Source of the DNA: a virus
Taxonomy: Duplodnaviria; Caudoviricetes
Length of the DNA stretch: 64,000 bases
IMG/VR virus record: IMGVR_UViG_3300036942_000148
Coordinates: 14,609-78,608 of that record
Strand: one strand, 5' to 3'
Positions 39,393 to 48,680 of this stretch are shown piece after piece; the stretch's first letter is position 1; every line of letters begins with the position of its first letter. A program made the position numbers and the translations under genes. The notes under the pieces were generated by a model, which made no database searches, was not told the DNA's origin, and saw only the letters and a list, made by a program, of their open reading frames with translations.

Positions 39393-40343
39393 TTATAAAA
39401 CCATTTCATCGATATCAATAAAAGCATCTAATGTTTCTTTTGCTTTCTTTTCTTTCTCTTTCTTAATTTCATCTAATTTATTATTTAATCTTTGGTACTC
39501 TTCTTTATAATGTAATAAATTTTCTTTATGAATCTCTGTTCTTTCTTTTAAATCATTTAATTTTTTCTGATCTGGATTATCTTGTTTCTCTAAAATAGAA
39601 AGTTCTTTTTTAATTCTTTCCATTTTAGCCTTTTCTCTACCTTCTGCTCCATCTAAACTTTTTAAATCTCTTTTAATTTCTTGTATTTCTTCATATAATT
39701 CTAGTTCTTCCTGTTGTAATTGTTCCCATTTCTTCTGTTTTTCATTCTTAGCATTTTTTAATTCTTCGTTCTTACCCTCTAGTTGTCTAGAAATTTTTAA
39801 CATTTCCATTTCAAATTTCTCAGGGTCAGCATCAAAGTCAAGATTTTCAACTTCTCTATTGATTTTTTCATATTTTTTAGTATCAGCTAATATCTTGTCT
39901 AATTCTTTTCTTCTTTTCTTTGAATCTTTTAATTGTCTCTTAGCTAGATCATTAACTTTTTTATTAGTAGTTTCTAACTTCTTAGATTCTTGTTCTGTTT
40001 TTTGTATGCTCTTTTCTACTTTTTTATTGGATTTAATATCTTTCTCTGTTTTATCAGCTTTTCCAAATATCTTTTCTTTAATCTTCTTGAAAAAGTTCTT
40101 AATCATATCTAGTAACTTTTTAACCTGATCTTTGATCCAATTAATAACGTCTCCAATTTTACCTTCTAATAATTCTTCATCTTCATTGACAATAGCTTGA
40201 TGTTCTATTAACATGAACTTTTGAATCATACTATAATCTTCAATTAACATCTTGTTGAATTCTTCTGTTAATTGATATATTAAAGGATCTATATTAATAT
40301 CCTCTTCTAAGTATGGATCATTATCTAAAAACATAATTATCAT
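39393..40343 (-). CDS. Putative inner-head protein, MFLx family (start probably 40334)
   Basis: MFLD start, IEH motif, LLEG then an amphipathic helix and long coiled coil. Confidence 0.6.
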   Translation of the reverse strand: MIIMFLDNDPYLEEDINIDPLIYQLTEEFNKMLIEDYSMIQKFMLIEHQAIVNEDEELLEGKIGDVINWIKDQVKKLLDMIKNFFKKIKEKIFGKADKTEKDIKSNKKVEKSIQKTEQESKKLETTNKKVNDLAKRQLKDSKKRRKELDKILADTKKYEKINREVENLDFDADPEKFEMEMLKISRQLEGKNEELKNAKNEKQKKWEQLQQEELELYEEIQEIKRDLKSLDGAEGREKAKMERIKKELSILEKQDNPDQKKLNDLKERTEIHKENLLHYKEEYQRLNNKLDEIKKEKEKKAKETLDAFIDIDEMVL

Positions 40344-40408
40344 CCTTAATTGAAAATTTATATTAATTAACCTTTTCTACAATATTACATTAAATTACCC
40401 TATTATAT

Positions 40409-40420
40409 TATTACTTTGTT
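40409..40420 (-). promoter_or_regulatory. AACA-N6-TA late-type promoter
   Basis: AACAAAGTAATA upstream of 40343. Confidence 0.55.
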
Positions 40421-41234
40421 AGTTTAAGACTTTCTGGTTTTGAAACTTCATTTGTAATTAATAAACATTAATACACAATTATACAAAATAATTTTATAAA
40501 ATAATTTTTAAAAATAATTACTTTATAAAATTTAATTGTAACTGAAGTTTTATTTCAATTGAAAAATACTATTCAAATTAGATTATTGAATAGTATTATT
40601 ATTTTGAATTATGATATAAAATATTATTAAAAATTATTACCTAAACCCCCTTACCCCCTTAAATTACTCTTTCTCACTGTGTCTTTTTATTATTTTTGTT
40701 TTTCAATTCCACTCTTTTTAAATAAAAAATAATTTTCCCACCTTTAAAATTTAGTACAAAACTTTTTTCTAGCACTTCCATAATATATTGATATAATTAG
40801 TAGCGCACTGCGCTGCTAATTATTTGCAGCTCGGCAAAAATCTAATAAAACTTTAATGGTCGGTAAATCTCTTATTGATTTTCAATATAATCTGTGTAAA
40901 ATTTTTAATTAAATTTTAATAGTTCAAATTCATTTTTCTAAGGGAAAATTATATAAATCAAAATTGTAAAATTAGAATCTAATATATTTTGGACAATAAT
41001 CTCAAACAATATTAGAAATCAATAAACTAATTTATATATTAAAAATCAATAATAAATAAAAATTAAATGTAATAATCATTAATTTTCAATAAATTAATTT
41101 CAATTTCATTTTACTTTTCTGAAGGGAAAAGTATATAAATTTTGATAGAAATAATTATTTTAAACTGTAAGAATATTAAAAATAATCTAACAACGTGAAA
41201 AATATTTAATCCAACAATAGTTATTCAAAATTAA

Positions 41235-41246
41235 AACAAAATATTA
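41235..41246 (+). promoter_or_regulatory. AACA-N6-TA promoter
   Basis: AACAAAATATTA upstream of 41284/41296. Confidence 0.5.
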
Positions 41247-41283
41247 AATATCATCCAAAATTATTAAATATATAATAAAAGAG

Positions 41284-42738
41284 GTGCTTTTTAAAGTGGA
41301 TTGGAATGAAATTAAACAAGATAGAGATAAACTATTAGAAAAGTTAATAGAATTAGGCACATACAGAGAAGTTGGTTTTGAATATAATGTCTCTCACACT
41401 ACAGTTTCAAGATGGGCTAAGAAACATGATATAGAGCCAGAAGACTACAAAAATCCTAAAGAAGTTAAAGAAGGAAAGGAAGAAGTAAAACCAGATTATA
41501 AATTCTTTTCAGATAAAGATGAGGAATATTACATTATATATAAGAAGAATGATGAGATAAAAGTTACAGAAAAAGAGCTACAAAGATTTAAATATCTATA
41601 TTGTAATAAGTACATGCAGAAGTCTCTTAATTATTGTGTAAGAGAGCTTGAAATTCCTAGAGATAAGCTTTATGCTATCAAGACTGCGTTCTCTATCACT
41701 CATGACGATATTGAGTTCACTGAACATCAACTGCAGTCACATACTATCAAAGAACTTACAGATAAGAGTCTCACAAGAAAGAAAGATGCTGTTTATAAAA
41801 ATATTGAAGATAAGTCTTTAAAATCAGACTTGAGAGAACTGAAGAAACTCAGACAGGAAGACTATATTGTAACTAAATGGTTAGATGGGCTCTCAGAGAT
41901 AGTTGATGATTATCAATATATACCTCCTAAATATAATATAAATAAAGAAGATAGAAAAAGGAGATCAGTTATATTAAATTTAGCAGATATGCATGTTGGT
42001 AAGAAAGTTGAAGGAGAATCATTACTGAGTGGTAAAGGAGATTACAATAAGACGGTTTTTGATGAAAGTAAAGAGAAACTGATCAAAGAAACCATTCAAT
42101 ATATTAAGATAGTAAAACCAGAAAAACTTTATATATTGAATTATGGTGATGGAGCAGATGATCCTGCAGGAAACACCTATCCAGGTCAGAAAGACAATCA
42201 GGATCTTAGAAAAGAAGAACAGTTGCTTGCTTACGTAGATGCTCTAAATGATATTATATTTTCTCTTAGAGATTATGTAGAAGATATTCATTACTCAGCA
42301 GTTCCAGGTAACCATTCAGATAGTGTTAATTGGGATATAGTAGCAGCAATGTTTCTTAAGAGATATTTTGGGAACTATGATAATATAACAGTTGATGCTA
42401 GAATGAAACCTGATAAGGTACATTCTATTTATGACTCACAAATTATTCAAACCCATGGGAATAATATTAGGACTGGTAAGTATACTAGAGAGCGTGACCT
42501 ATTGAGCATGCTTAAGATAGCTAATATTACAGCTGATAAATCATATATTTGTCAGGGACATTTACATCATAAAGAAAGTTTTGAAGGTGCAGGTTTTGAA
42601 TTCATATTGATACCTTCTTTTGTTGGTGGAGATGGATTAGCTGAGAACAAGATGAGAACTACCTCTAGAGCGAGACAGTTACTGTTTACAATGACTGAAG
42701 AAGGAAAGAAAAACGTTCATAATATTTATTTTGACTAA
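41284..42738 (+). CDS. HTH plus calcineurin-like metallophosphoesterase (start probably GTG 41296)
   Basis: VSHTTVSRWAKK HTH; ADMHVG, GDGAD, PGNH, THG and GHLHH motifs. Confidence 0.85.
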   Translation: MLFKVDWNEIKQDRDKLLEKLIELGTYREVGFEYNVSHTTVSRWAKKHDIEPEDYKNPKEVKEGKEEVKPDYKFFSDKDEEYYIIYKKNDEIKVTEKELQRFKYLYCNKYMQKSLNYCVRELEIPRDKLYAIKTAFSITHDDIEFTEHQLQSHTIKELTDKSLTRKKDAVYKNIEDKSLKSDLRELKKLRQEDYIVTKWLDGLSEIVDDYQYIPPKYNINKEDRKRRSVILNLADMHVGKKVEGESLLSGKGDYNKTVFDESKEKLIKETIQYIKIVKPEKLYILNYGDGADDPAGNTYPGQKDNQDLRKEEQLLAYVDALNDIIFSLRDYVEDIHYSAVPGNHSDSVNWDIVAAMFLKRYFGNYDNITVDARMKPDKVHSIYDSQIIQTHGNNIRTGKYTRERDLLSMLKIANITADKSYICQGHLHHKESFEGAGFEFILIPSFVGGDGLAENKMRTTSRARQLLFTMTEEGKKNVHNIYFD

Positions 42739-42749
42739 ATTATATAATG

Positions 42750-42780
42750 AAAGCATAACCTTTTTGGGTTATGCTTTTTT
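42750..42780 (+). terminator. Intrinsic terminator
   Basis: AAGCATAACC/GGTTATGCTT plus T run. Confidence 0.8.
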
Positions 42781-42853
42781 ATTTTTATATGTAGGGATTT
42801 GATTGTTTTTATCGAATAAAATAAATAAGGGTGCATAGTTTAAACTATAATTT

Positions 42854-42867
42854 AAATATATATTATT
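42854..42867 (+). promoter_or_regulatory. Putative early promoter
   Basis: AAATATATATTATT, identical at 46926 and 54532. Confidence 0.6.
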
Positions 42868-42922
42868 ATTCTGATAGAGAATAATTTTATATTAAAAACT
42901 AATAAGAGAGGAGGAAATTACA

Positions 42923-43333
42923 TTGGAGAAAAATAAAATTTCATTTGAAGATTTTCCTTTTAATGGAAAAGGAATTGATGCTATTAAGTTTAGATTCTTT
43001 TATAATAAAACCACTAAAAAGATTGGATGTGAAGGTTTAGTATATTATAAAAGAAAAAGACCACATAATTTTTATGAATGTGGTTTAAATAATAAGTTTT
43101 TAAAATTAGTTAAAAGAAGTAGAATAAGAGATTCAGTTTTAAATAACTCTAATCATTTTAAAGGTTACGAAATACTAAATTTATTTAACGATGAAGTAGC
43201 TGGAGAGATTAGAGAAGGAAATATATTTATAACTTGGAAGAAAACTTTGACTACTTCTAAAAAATTTAATTTAAATAGTTTGTATGATGAAGAATATGAA
43301 TGTACTCTATATAAAGAAGGAAGTGAAGTTTAA
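42923..43333 (+). CDS. Hypothetical protein
   Basis: GGAGG SD, TTG start. Confidence 0.75.
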   Translation: MEKNKISFEDFPFNGKGIDAIKFRFFYNKTTKKIGCEGLVYYKRKRPHNFYECGLNNKFLKLVKRSRIRDSVLNNSNHFKGYEILNLFNDEVAGEIREGNIFITWKKTLTTSKKFNLNSLYDEEYECTLYKEGSEV

Positions 43334-44532
43334 TGTATAAAACTCATGAAGAAAAAAAGAAAGATTTTGATCATAAGTTAAAAAGGATAGTTAGAGATGA
43401 GTGTAGAAAGCCAATTACCAGTAGAGATAATATATCTGAATATAAGAAATATTATGATAGTATGTTTGATTTAAATATTAAAAATGGTTATATCTATGAC
43501 CCTGAAGAACCTGATACTGACTCTTTTGCTTGGGTAAATGAATTTATTTTAGATATTGGGATGGTTCCTACTGTTGAATCATTAAAGGAACTTAAGGTTA
43601 AAACTGAAGATTATCATAAATATGTAACTGAATTTCTTAGTGATGACTTTGGAGATAAAAATATTCCCCATATTGATTATGTAGAGTTAAATCTCAGTGA
43701 AAATTATAACGGCGTGATTGACCTAACTGGGTTCAAGAACTATTTTTTAAAAACAGAACCAGCATATACTAGAAGTTTCCAAGAGAATATAGAAAAAATA
43801 GTTGAATTTATAACTACTTTTCATATCTATCCCACTGGAGGGTCTCTTGAAACTCTTAATTGTGGCACTCTTTATTATCTCACACAATTCACTAATGGTG
43901 AGAATTTAAGTTATCTTGATTTCATAGATAAAATATTTGATCTTTATGACTTAGATATAGATAATTATAGAAAAATAAATATTAATAAGATGTTTGATAA
44001 ATATCTAAAAGGTATAAAGATTACAAGAGAAACTACAGTGAAGACTGGTAAAGAAAACTTGGGTGGAGCTAGACTAGTTGAAATTGAAGTTGATGGAAAG
44101 TATAATTTTCATATTGATAGTTTAGAACCTGAAATACATGAAAACTATACTGAAAATGAAGAAGCAATCAAAAAGATAAGAGAATTTATTGAAACCACAT
44201 CTAACAGAGAACCCTATAACAAAAGATCTTATAGTCAGAATTTATTAGATAGAATAAAAAATACAAAAACATTTACTAGGGAGGATTTACCTAAATTGAG
44301 CATTAAAAAAGACATAGATAGAGATGAAGTTCAAGAGTTATTGAAAGCTTTAGTTTTCAATGATATTAGAGAATCCTTAAACGAGAAAGAGTTGGAGATA
44401 TTAGAATCATTCGGGTTAGAAGGCAGTATTGATAAAATGATAGATAAAGCTATTAACACTACTGTACGTGAAATTAGCAATCATGTAGAAGATAGAGTGA
44501 AGAATATACTAGGAAATTTTGATATACAATAA
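43333..44532 (+). CDS. Hypothetical protein
   Basis: 399-aa ORF coupled by a TAATG overlap. Confidence 0.8.
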   Translation: MYKTHEEKKKDFDHKLKRIVRDECRKPITSRDNISEYKKYYDSMFDLNIKNGYIYDPEEPDTDSFAWVNEFILDIGMVPTVESLKELKVKTEDYHKYVTEFLSDDFGDKNIPHIDYVELNLSENYNGVIDLTGFKNYFLKTEPAYTRSFQENIEKIVEFITTFHIYPTGGSLETLNCGTLYYLTQFTNGENLSYLDFIDKIFDLYDLDIDNYRKININKMFDKYLKGIKITRETTVKTGKENLGGARLVEIEVDGKYNFHIDSLEPEIHENYTENEEAIKKIREFIETTSNREPYNKRSYSQNLLDRIKNTKTFTREDLPKLSIKKDIDRDEVQELLKALVFNDIRESLNEKELEILESFGLEGSIDKMIDKAINTTVREISNHVEDRVKNILGNFDIQ

Positions 44533-44922
44533 TTGGGAGGTATATTAATGGAATTAATGGATATAATGAATAAAGTTATTGAATATTACAGCAGGGTAGA
44601 AAAACCTGAAGAGCACTGTGTGGTTTTTGACGATGGGATAGTAACTATTGGAGTTGAAAATAATTCACCACAATTAGAGATCCATGCAGGTAGTTATCAT
44701 TTACATGAAGAAACTGGAGAAAATTATTCAGAAGATGTTCATAATTATATGAATCAAGGAGATTGGGATGAATTAGATGAGGAAAGAATAGTTTATGAAG
44801 ATAGAGTAGTTATTTTTGGAATTAATGAGAGTTTAAATAAATTCATGAAGCAGTATTCTAGCTTTGATAGAGTTAGTGAGAAACTAAATTTAGTTGAAAG
44901 TTATGGAAAGGATGAGGAATAA
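44533..44922 (+). CDS. Hypothetical acidic protein (start probably ATG 44548)
   Basis: GGGAGG SD lies inside the called N-terminus. Confidence 0.75.
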   Translation: MGGILMELMDIMNKVIEYYSRVEKPEEHCVVFDDGIVTIGVENNSPQLEIHAGSYHLHEETGENYSEDVHNYMNQGDWDELDEERIVYEDRVVIFGINESLNKFMKQYSSFDRVSEKLNLVESYGKDEE

Positions 44923-45394
44923 TATGAAAATATCTAGAGATGCTCTTGATAAGATTTGGGAGATTCAGAGAGAATTTATTAAAATTATGAAGAAACACGA
45001 TCCAGGTAATAATGAGATGGAGTTATGTGCCATGAAAGATAAGAATCAATGCAAACAACCTGAAGAAATGTTATATATGCAGATTCATTTTCCTAAAATG
45101 GGTTTAGGTGAATATGAAGTTTCAGTTCTTCCTTATAAAGATGATGAAGGAGAAACTGATTTTGATATCATTGCAAGTGAAAGCTTTAGGGAATCTAACG
45201 ATATGCATAGATTAAATATGATTAAAGAAAACCTCAATAATGATAAAATAGTTTTATCGTTAAGAGATGAATTAGAAAAAGATGAAGATATTCTATCTTA
45301 CGTGACTATTTATGATTATTGTACTAAAGAAGAATACATTGAAAAGTCACAAGATTTCTTTAAAGAATTAAAGTTACTAATAGAAAAGTATTAA
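44894..45394 (+). CDS. Hypothetical protein (start probably 44924)
   Basis: GAGGA SD before ATG 44924. Confidence 0.75.
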   Translation: MKVMERMRNNMKISRDALDKIWEIQREFIKIMKKHDPGNNEMELCAMKDKNQCKQPEEMLYMQIHFPKMGLGEYEVSVLPYKDDEGETDFDIIASESFRESNDMHRLNMIKENLNNDKIVLSLRDELEKDEDILSYVTIYDYCTKEEYIEKSQDFFKELKLLIEKY

Positions 45395-45402
45395 AATAAA
45401 TA

Positions 45403-45439
45403 AAAGTAGGATATCTTAATAGGATATCCTACTTTATTT
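45403..45439 (+). terminator. Intrinsic terminator
   Basis: AAAGTAGGATATC/GATATCCTACTTT. Confidence 0.75.
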
Positions 45440-45453
45440 CATTAAGGAGGAAT

Positions 45454-46188
45454 ATGATGGAAGAATATAAATTAAAAATATTAGGAACTACACTACAATC
45501 AATTTTAAATAAAGATTTTAATTCTTATTATGATGCTGACTATGGAATGAAAGTTATTAAAGGTTTATTAGATTTTCCTTCGGATATAAAACCCTATTTC
45601 AATTCAATTAATTTAACTATTAATGAAAATGATCTATCAAATTTTTACGATGTTAAATACGAATTAAAAAAAGTATTTGGAATTGAAGGGTTTAACGAGG
45701 AAATAGAAAAAATTGTATTAGACAAAGACTTGAGAATTAGACAAAGAGAAATAGATAAAAATAAAACTGTTTATTTCGAACCGCAATATAATTTTATAAA
45801 TAACTATCTTCAAGTTCATGATTATGATTTTACAGGAGAAGAAATATTCGAATTAATTGATTCTACGTTTAATCAGTTTAATTTACTAATGTCAATTATT
45901 AAAGATCGCAAAGGGAGTAATGAAACCACTACAGATATCCTCAAACAATATGCAAAAGAAAAAATAAAAGATTTAAATGAAGAAACATTAATATTTCTAG
46001 TTATTAGAGAAATTAAAAATGGCTATCAATTTCATAGAGGTAAAGAAATTAATAAATTAATAGAATTTTTTGAAGATAATTTTGATGATAATAAATTTAA
46101 ACAACCAATCAAAATACTAAAAATATTTCGTGATTATAGTGATGATTTTGATAGTTTTAAGAAAGTGAGGTCTCTAGAAAATGTCTAA
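45454..46188 (+). CDS. Hypothetical protein
   Basis: AAGGAGG SD; 244 aa. Confidence 0.8.
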   Translation: MMEEYKLKILGTTLQSILNKDFNSYYDADYGMKVIKGLLDFPSDIKPYFNSINLTINENDLSNFYDVKYELKKVFGIEGFNEEIEKIVLDKDLRIRQREIDKNKTVYFEPQYNFINNYLQVHDYDFTGEEIFELIDSTFNQFNLLMSIIKDRKGSNETTTDILKQYAKEKIKDLNEETLIFLVIREIKNGYQFHRGKEINKLIEFFEDNFDDNKFKQPIKILKIFRDYSDDFDSFKKVRSLENV

Positions 46189-46927
46189 AGAATTTGAATA
46201 TATTAAAAAAGTTATGAAAGCACTTCAAAGACATAGAAATGACATGAATCATGAAATATTTGGAATATTCTTAACTAATATTGATACTGAAATTTTAGAA
46301 ACTATTATTGATGAAATAATTCCATACTACGAACAAGATTTAACAGAAAGAGGACTTGAAGATGCCACTAAATACTATGCCTCCTCTTATTTTGAATATT
46401 TAAGGCTATTAATGGGGTTAGTTCATTATAAAAAAGAAGATAAAAAAGTAAATATTAAAAATTTAGAATTATTAAATGAAAAGAAACTTCCTCATAAAAT
46501 CTTAAAAATGGCTACTAATGATTATGAAAAAATGGATCTTAATAATGTAACCAAGAGATGTATTAAAATAATGTTAGGTTTATTTAATTCAGATAAGAAG
46601 ATATTAAAACCATATATAGAAAGTAATTTTGCCAAAGAATTAATTACCGAGACCATTGCTGGAAACGCTCAGTTTTGTGAAATATTAGAGTATGATTTTG
46701 ATGATGCGTATACAAATAATAATTTTCAATATGAAGAATTTGAAAAAGTTTTTCTCGAAAGTATAGCTGATTTACATCCAATGAGTAAATCTAGATTTGT
46801 GAGAAATGCTTTTAATAATTCGGATTTTGAAAATGAAACTGCAGGAATTCCATTAGTAGGTATGATAAAGAAGAGTAAAGATGAAAGAATAAAGAAAGCA
46901 TATTTAGAACAAAAACTAAAAGTTTAA
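46181..46927 (+). CDS. Hypothetical helical protein
   Basis: Overlaps the previous gene; ends KKAYLEQKLKV. Confidence 0.8.
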   Translation: MSKEFEYIKKVMKALQRHRNDMNHEIFGIFLTNIDTEILETIIDEIIPYYEQDLTERGLEDATKYYASSYFEYLRLLMGLVHYKKEDKKVNIKNLELLNEKKLPHKILKMATNDYEKMDLNNVTKRCIKIMLGLFNSDKKILKPYIESNFAKELITETIAGNAQFCEILEYDFDDAYTNNNFQYEEFEKVFLESIADLHPMSKSRFVRNAFNNSDFENETAGIPLVGMIKKSKDERIKKAYLEQKLKV

Positions 46928-46939
46928 ATATATATTATT
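46926..46939 (+). promoter_or_regulatory. Putative early promoter
   Basis: AAATATATATTATT upstream of 46985. Confidence 0.6.
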
Positions 46940-46984
46940 TAAATGATAAAAATGAATTAACATTAATTATAGGAGAGTGATAAA

Positions 46985-47482
46985 ATGATTGAAATTAAAA
47001 GGTTTGAAGATGTTGAAGAGTTAAAAGAAAAAGGGCAAGTTGATATTAATATGCAATTAGCACTTAACGAAGTTCTTAGAGGTATAATTACTTCTCTAAG
47101 TAATTTTCATATGGACTTTGATCCTGATGAAAAGGGTTACGTAATTCTGTTAGAACCTACTGATGGAGCTAAAGAATTAGCTGAAATTGGACTTAATGGT
47201 AGCTTTGAGAATATCAATCCTGAGAGTATTTCTTACGATGAAAACTTAGATTTATATCTCATTCAAATACTCCATAACAACGAGTTCATGAACTTCTATT
47301 TGGTCGAAAAAGAAGGTATCGAATTTATACCTGGTTTGGAAGATTTAATAGAAGAACATGAAGATTCTATCACACAGACTATGTTGTTGAGAAGAGTATA
47401 TGAAGAGTCGTCTAAATTCCAAAAAACCGCAGAAGAAGTTTCAGAAGGACAAGAAGATGAAGAAAACGATGTGCCATTTTAA
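46985..47482 (+). CDS. Hypothetical acidic protein
   Basis: AGGAGAGTGA SD; 165 aa. Confidence 0.8.
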   Translation: MIEIKRFEDVEELKEKGQVDINMQLALNEVLRGIITSLSNFHMDFDPDEKGYVILLEPTDGAKELAEIGLNGSFENINPESISYDENLDLYLIQILHNNEFMNFYLVEKEGIEFIPGLEDLIEEHEDSITQTMLLRRVYEESSKFQKTAEEVSEGQEDEENDVPF

Positions 47483-47531
47483 TTGTAATTAAATACACTA
47501 GAGAATATAATACTTTAATGGAGGAATTGTA

Positions 47532-47879
47532 ATGGCTACCATAATGATGTATAATGATTTTTCAATTACACATATTCATTCAGAGAACGAAAATGAATAT
47601 ATCAATATAGATAGTAAATGCGAATATGGCACTGAGATAGATAAAGTCTCATTGGCTCCATTTCATGGAAGTATAGAGAATAATCCTAGATATAATGCTA
47701 TGGTTTCTATATCTCTGAGGAATGTTAAGAAGGATAAATATACTAATTTTATTATCTTTCATGATTATGATAAAGGGGTTAATAATGATGAATTAAAAGA
47801 AGGAATTATAGAATATATGAGTATTCATTTTGGGATGGATATAGAAGATATACTTAAGCAGTATCCAGATCTTAAATAA
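47532..47879 (+). CDS. Hypothetical protein
   Basis: GGAGG SD. Confidence 0.75.
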   Translation: MATIMMYNDFSITHIHSENENEYINIDSKCEYGTEIDKVSLAPFHGSIENNPRYNAMVSISLRNVKKDKYTNFIIFHDYDKGVNNDELKEGIIEYMSIHFGMDIEDILKQYPDLK

Positions 47880-47889
47880 TAAAAAGGAA

Positions 47890-48168
47890 GTGAATTTAAT
47901 GCCAGAAACTAGTTATTATTACTTTGCTTTTAATAAAACTAGAATCAGTGATAATAAGTTGATGAGCGATGACGATGTCCTTCAAATTAGAGATGACTCT
48001 TTCCCATTAGCTCAAGTTAAAAGATTATTTATGGATAGAGGATATTTAATAGCTATCAATAATATAATGGAAATAGATAAAGATCTTTATAATGAATTAT
48101 TAGAAGATAAAGAATTTGAAGTAAATAAATATGAGTATGATGAGTATGAAGGTATTTATTTCTTATAA
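47890..48168 (+). CDS. Hypothetical protein
   Basis: Operonic ORF; start could be GTG 47890 or ATG 47899. Confidence 0.7.
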   Translation: MNLMPETSYYYFAFNKTRISDNKLMSDDDVLQIRDDSFPLAQVKRLFMDRGYLIAINNIMEIDKDLYNELLEDKEFEVNKYEYDEYEGIYFL

Positions 48169-48173
48169 AATAA

Positions 48174-48203
48174 AAGCATAAGGATAACTAAATCCTTATG
48201 CTT
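48174..48203. terminator. Bidirectional terminator
   Basis: AAGCATAAGGA/TCCTTATGCTT between convergent genes. Confidence 0.8.
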
Positions 48204-48212
48204 AATTTTTTT

Positions 48213-48641
48213 TTATCTATTGATTACTAATTTTAGTTCTTCATATCTTTCAGTTAGCTCTTCAAATCCTTCATTTTCATCATTAATATCATTCAGTTTA
48301 CTACTTGTTTCTTCTATTAATTCTCCTAGCTTGTTGTTATCTTTTTCGTCTAAGAATTTACTATGTGATTCTAGATAAGAAGAAAGGTAAAATAAGTTAT
48401 CTTTTACGTTTTCTAATAATCCATTCTCTTCCTTACAGTCATTAATGATATCTAAATTATTTTCTAATTGAACTTCAAGTATATCTGCAATATCTTCTTT
48501 AATTTCTTCATTTTCTTTTAGTACTTTATACTCATTGATATCAGAAAAACGATCTACAAAAAGATTTGTCTTTTCTTCTAAAAATTTTACTTTTTCTTTG
48601 AGAGGTAATACATTAAACTCTGTCTGTTCTGTTAAAAACAT
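48213..48641 (-). CDS. Acidic helical protein with an MFLTE N-terminus
   Basis: AGGAGG SD; same ATGTTTTTA start as the MFLxE family; late-type promoter. Confidence 0.7.
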   Translation of the reverse strand: MFLTEQTEFNVLPLKEKVKFLEEKTNLFVDRFSDINEYKVLKENEEIKEDIADILEVQLENNLDIINDCKEENGLLENVKDNLFYLSSYLESHSKFLDEKDNNKLGELIEETSSKLNDINDENEGFEELTERYEELKLVINR

Positions 48642-48668
48642 TTGAATTCCTCCTATAATATTATTTTT

Positions 48669-48680
48669 TAATTAACTGTT
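48669..48680 (-). promoter_or_regulatory. AACA-N6-TA late-type promoter
   Basis: AACAGTTAATTA upstream of 48641; overlaps the upstream stop codon. Confidence 0.5.

Larger units (their letters stand above)
40344..41283. other. 940-bp extremely AT-rich non-coding region at a strand switch
   Basis: No ORF in the track; one GC-rich hairpin (40795-40821) and two TTTTCT(G)AAGGGAAAA(T/G)TATATAAAT copies. Confidence 0.6.
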
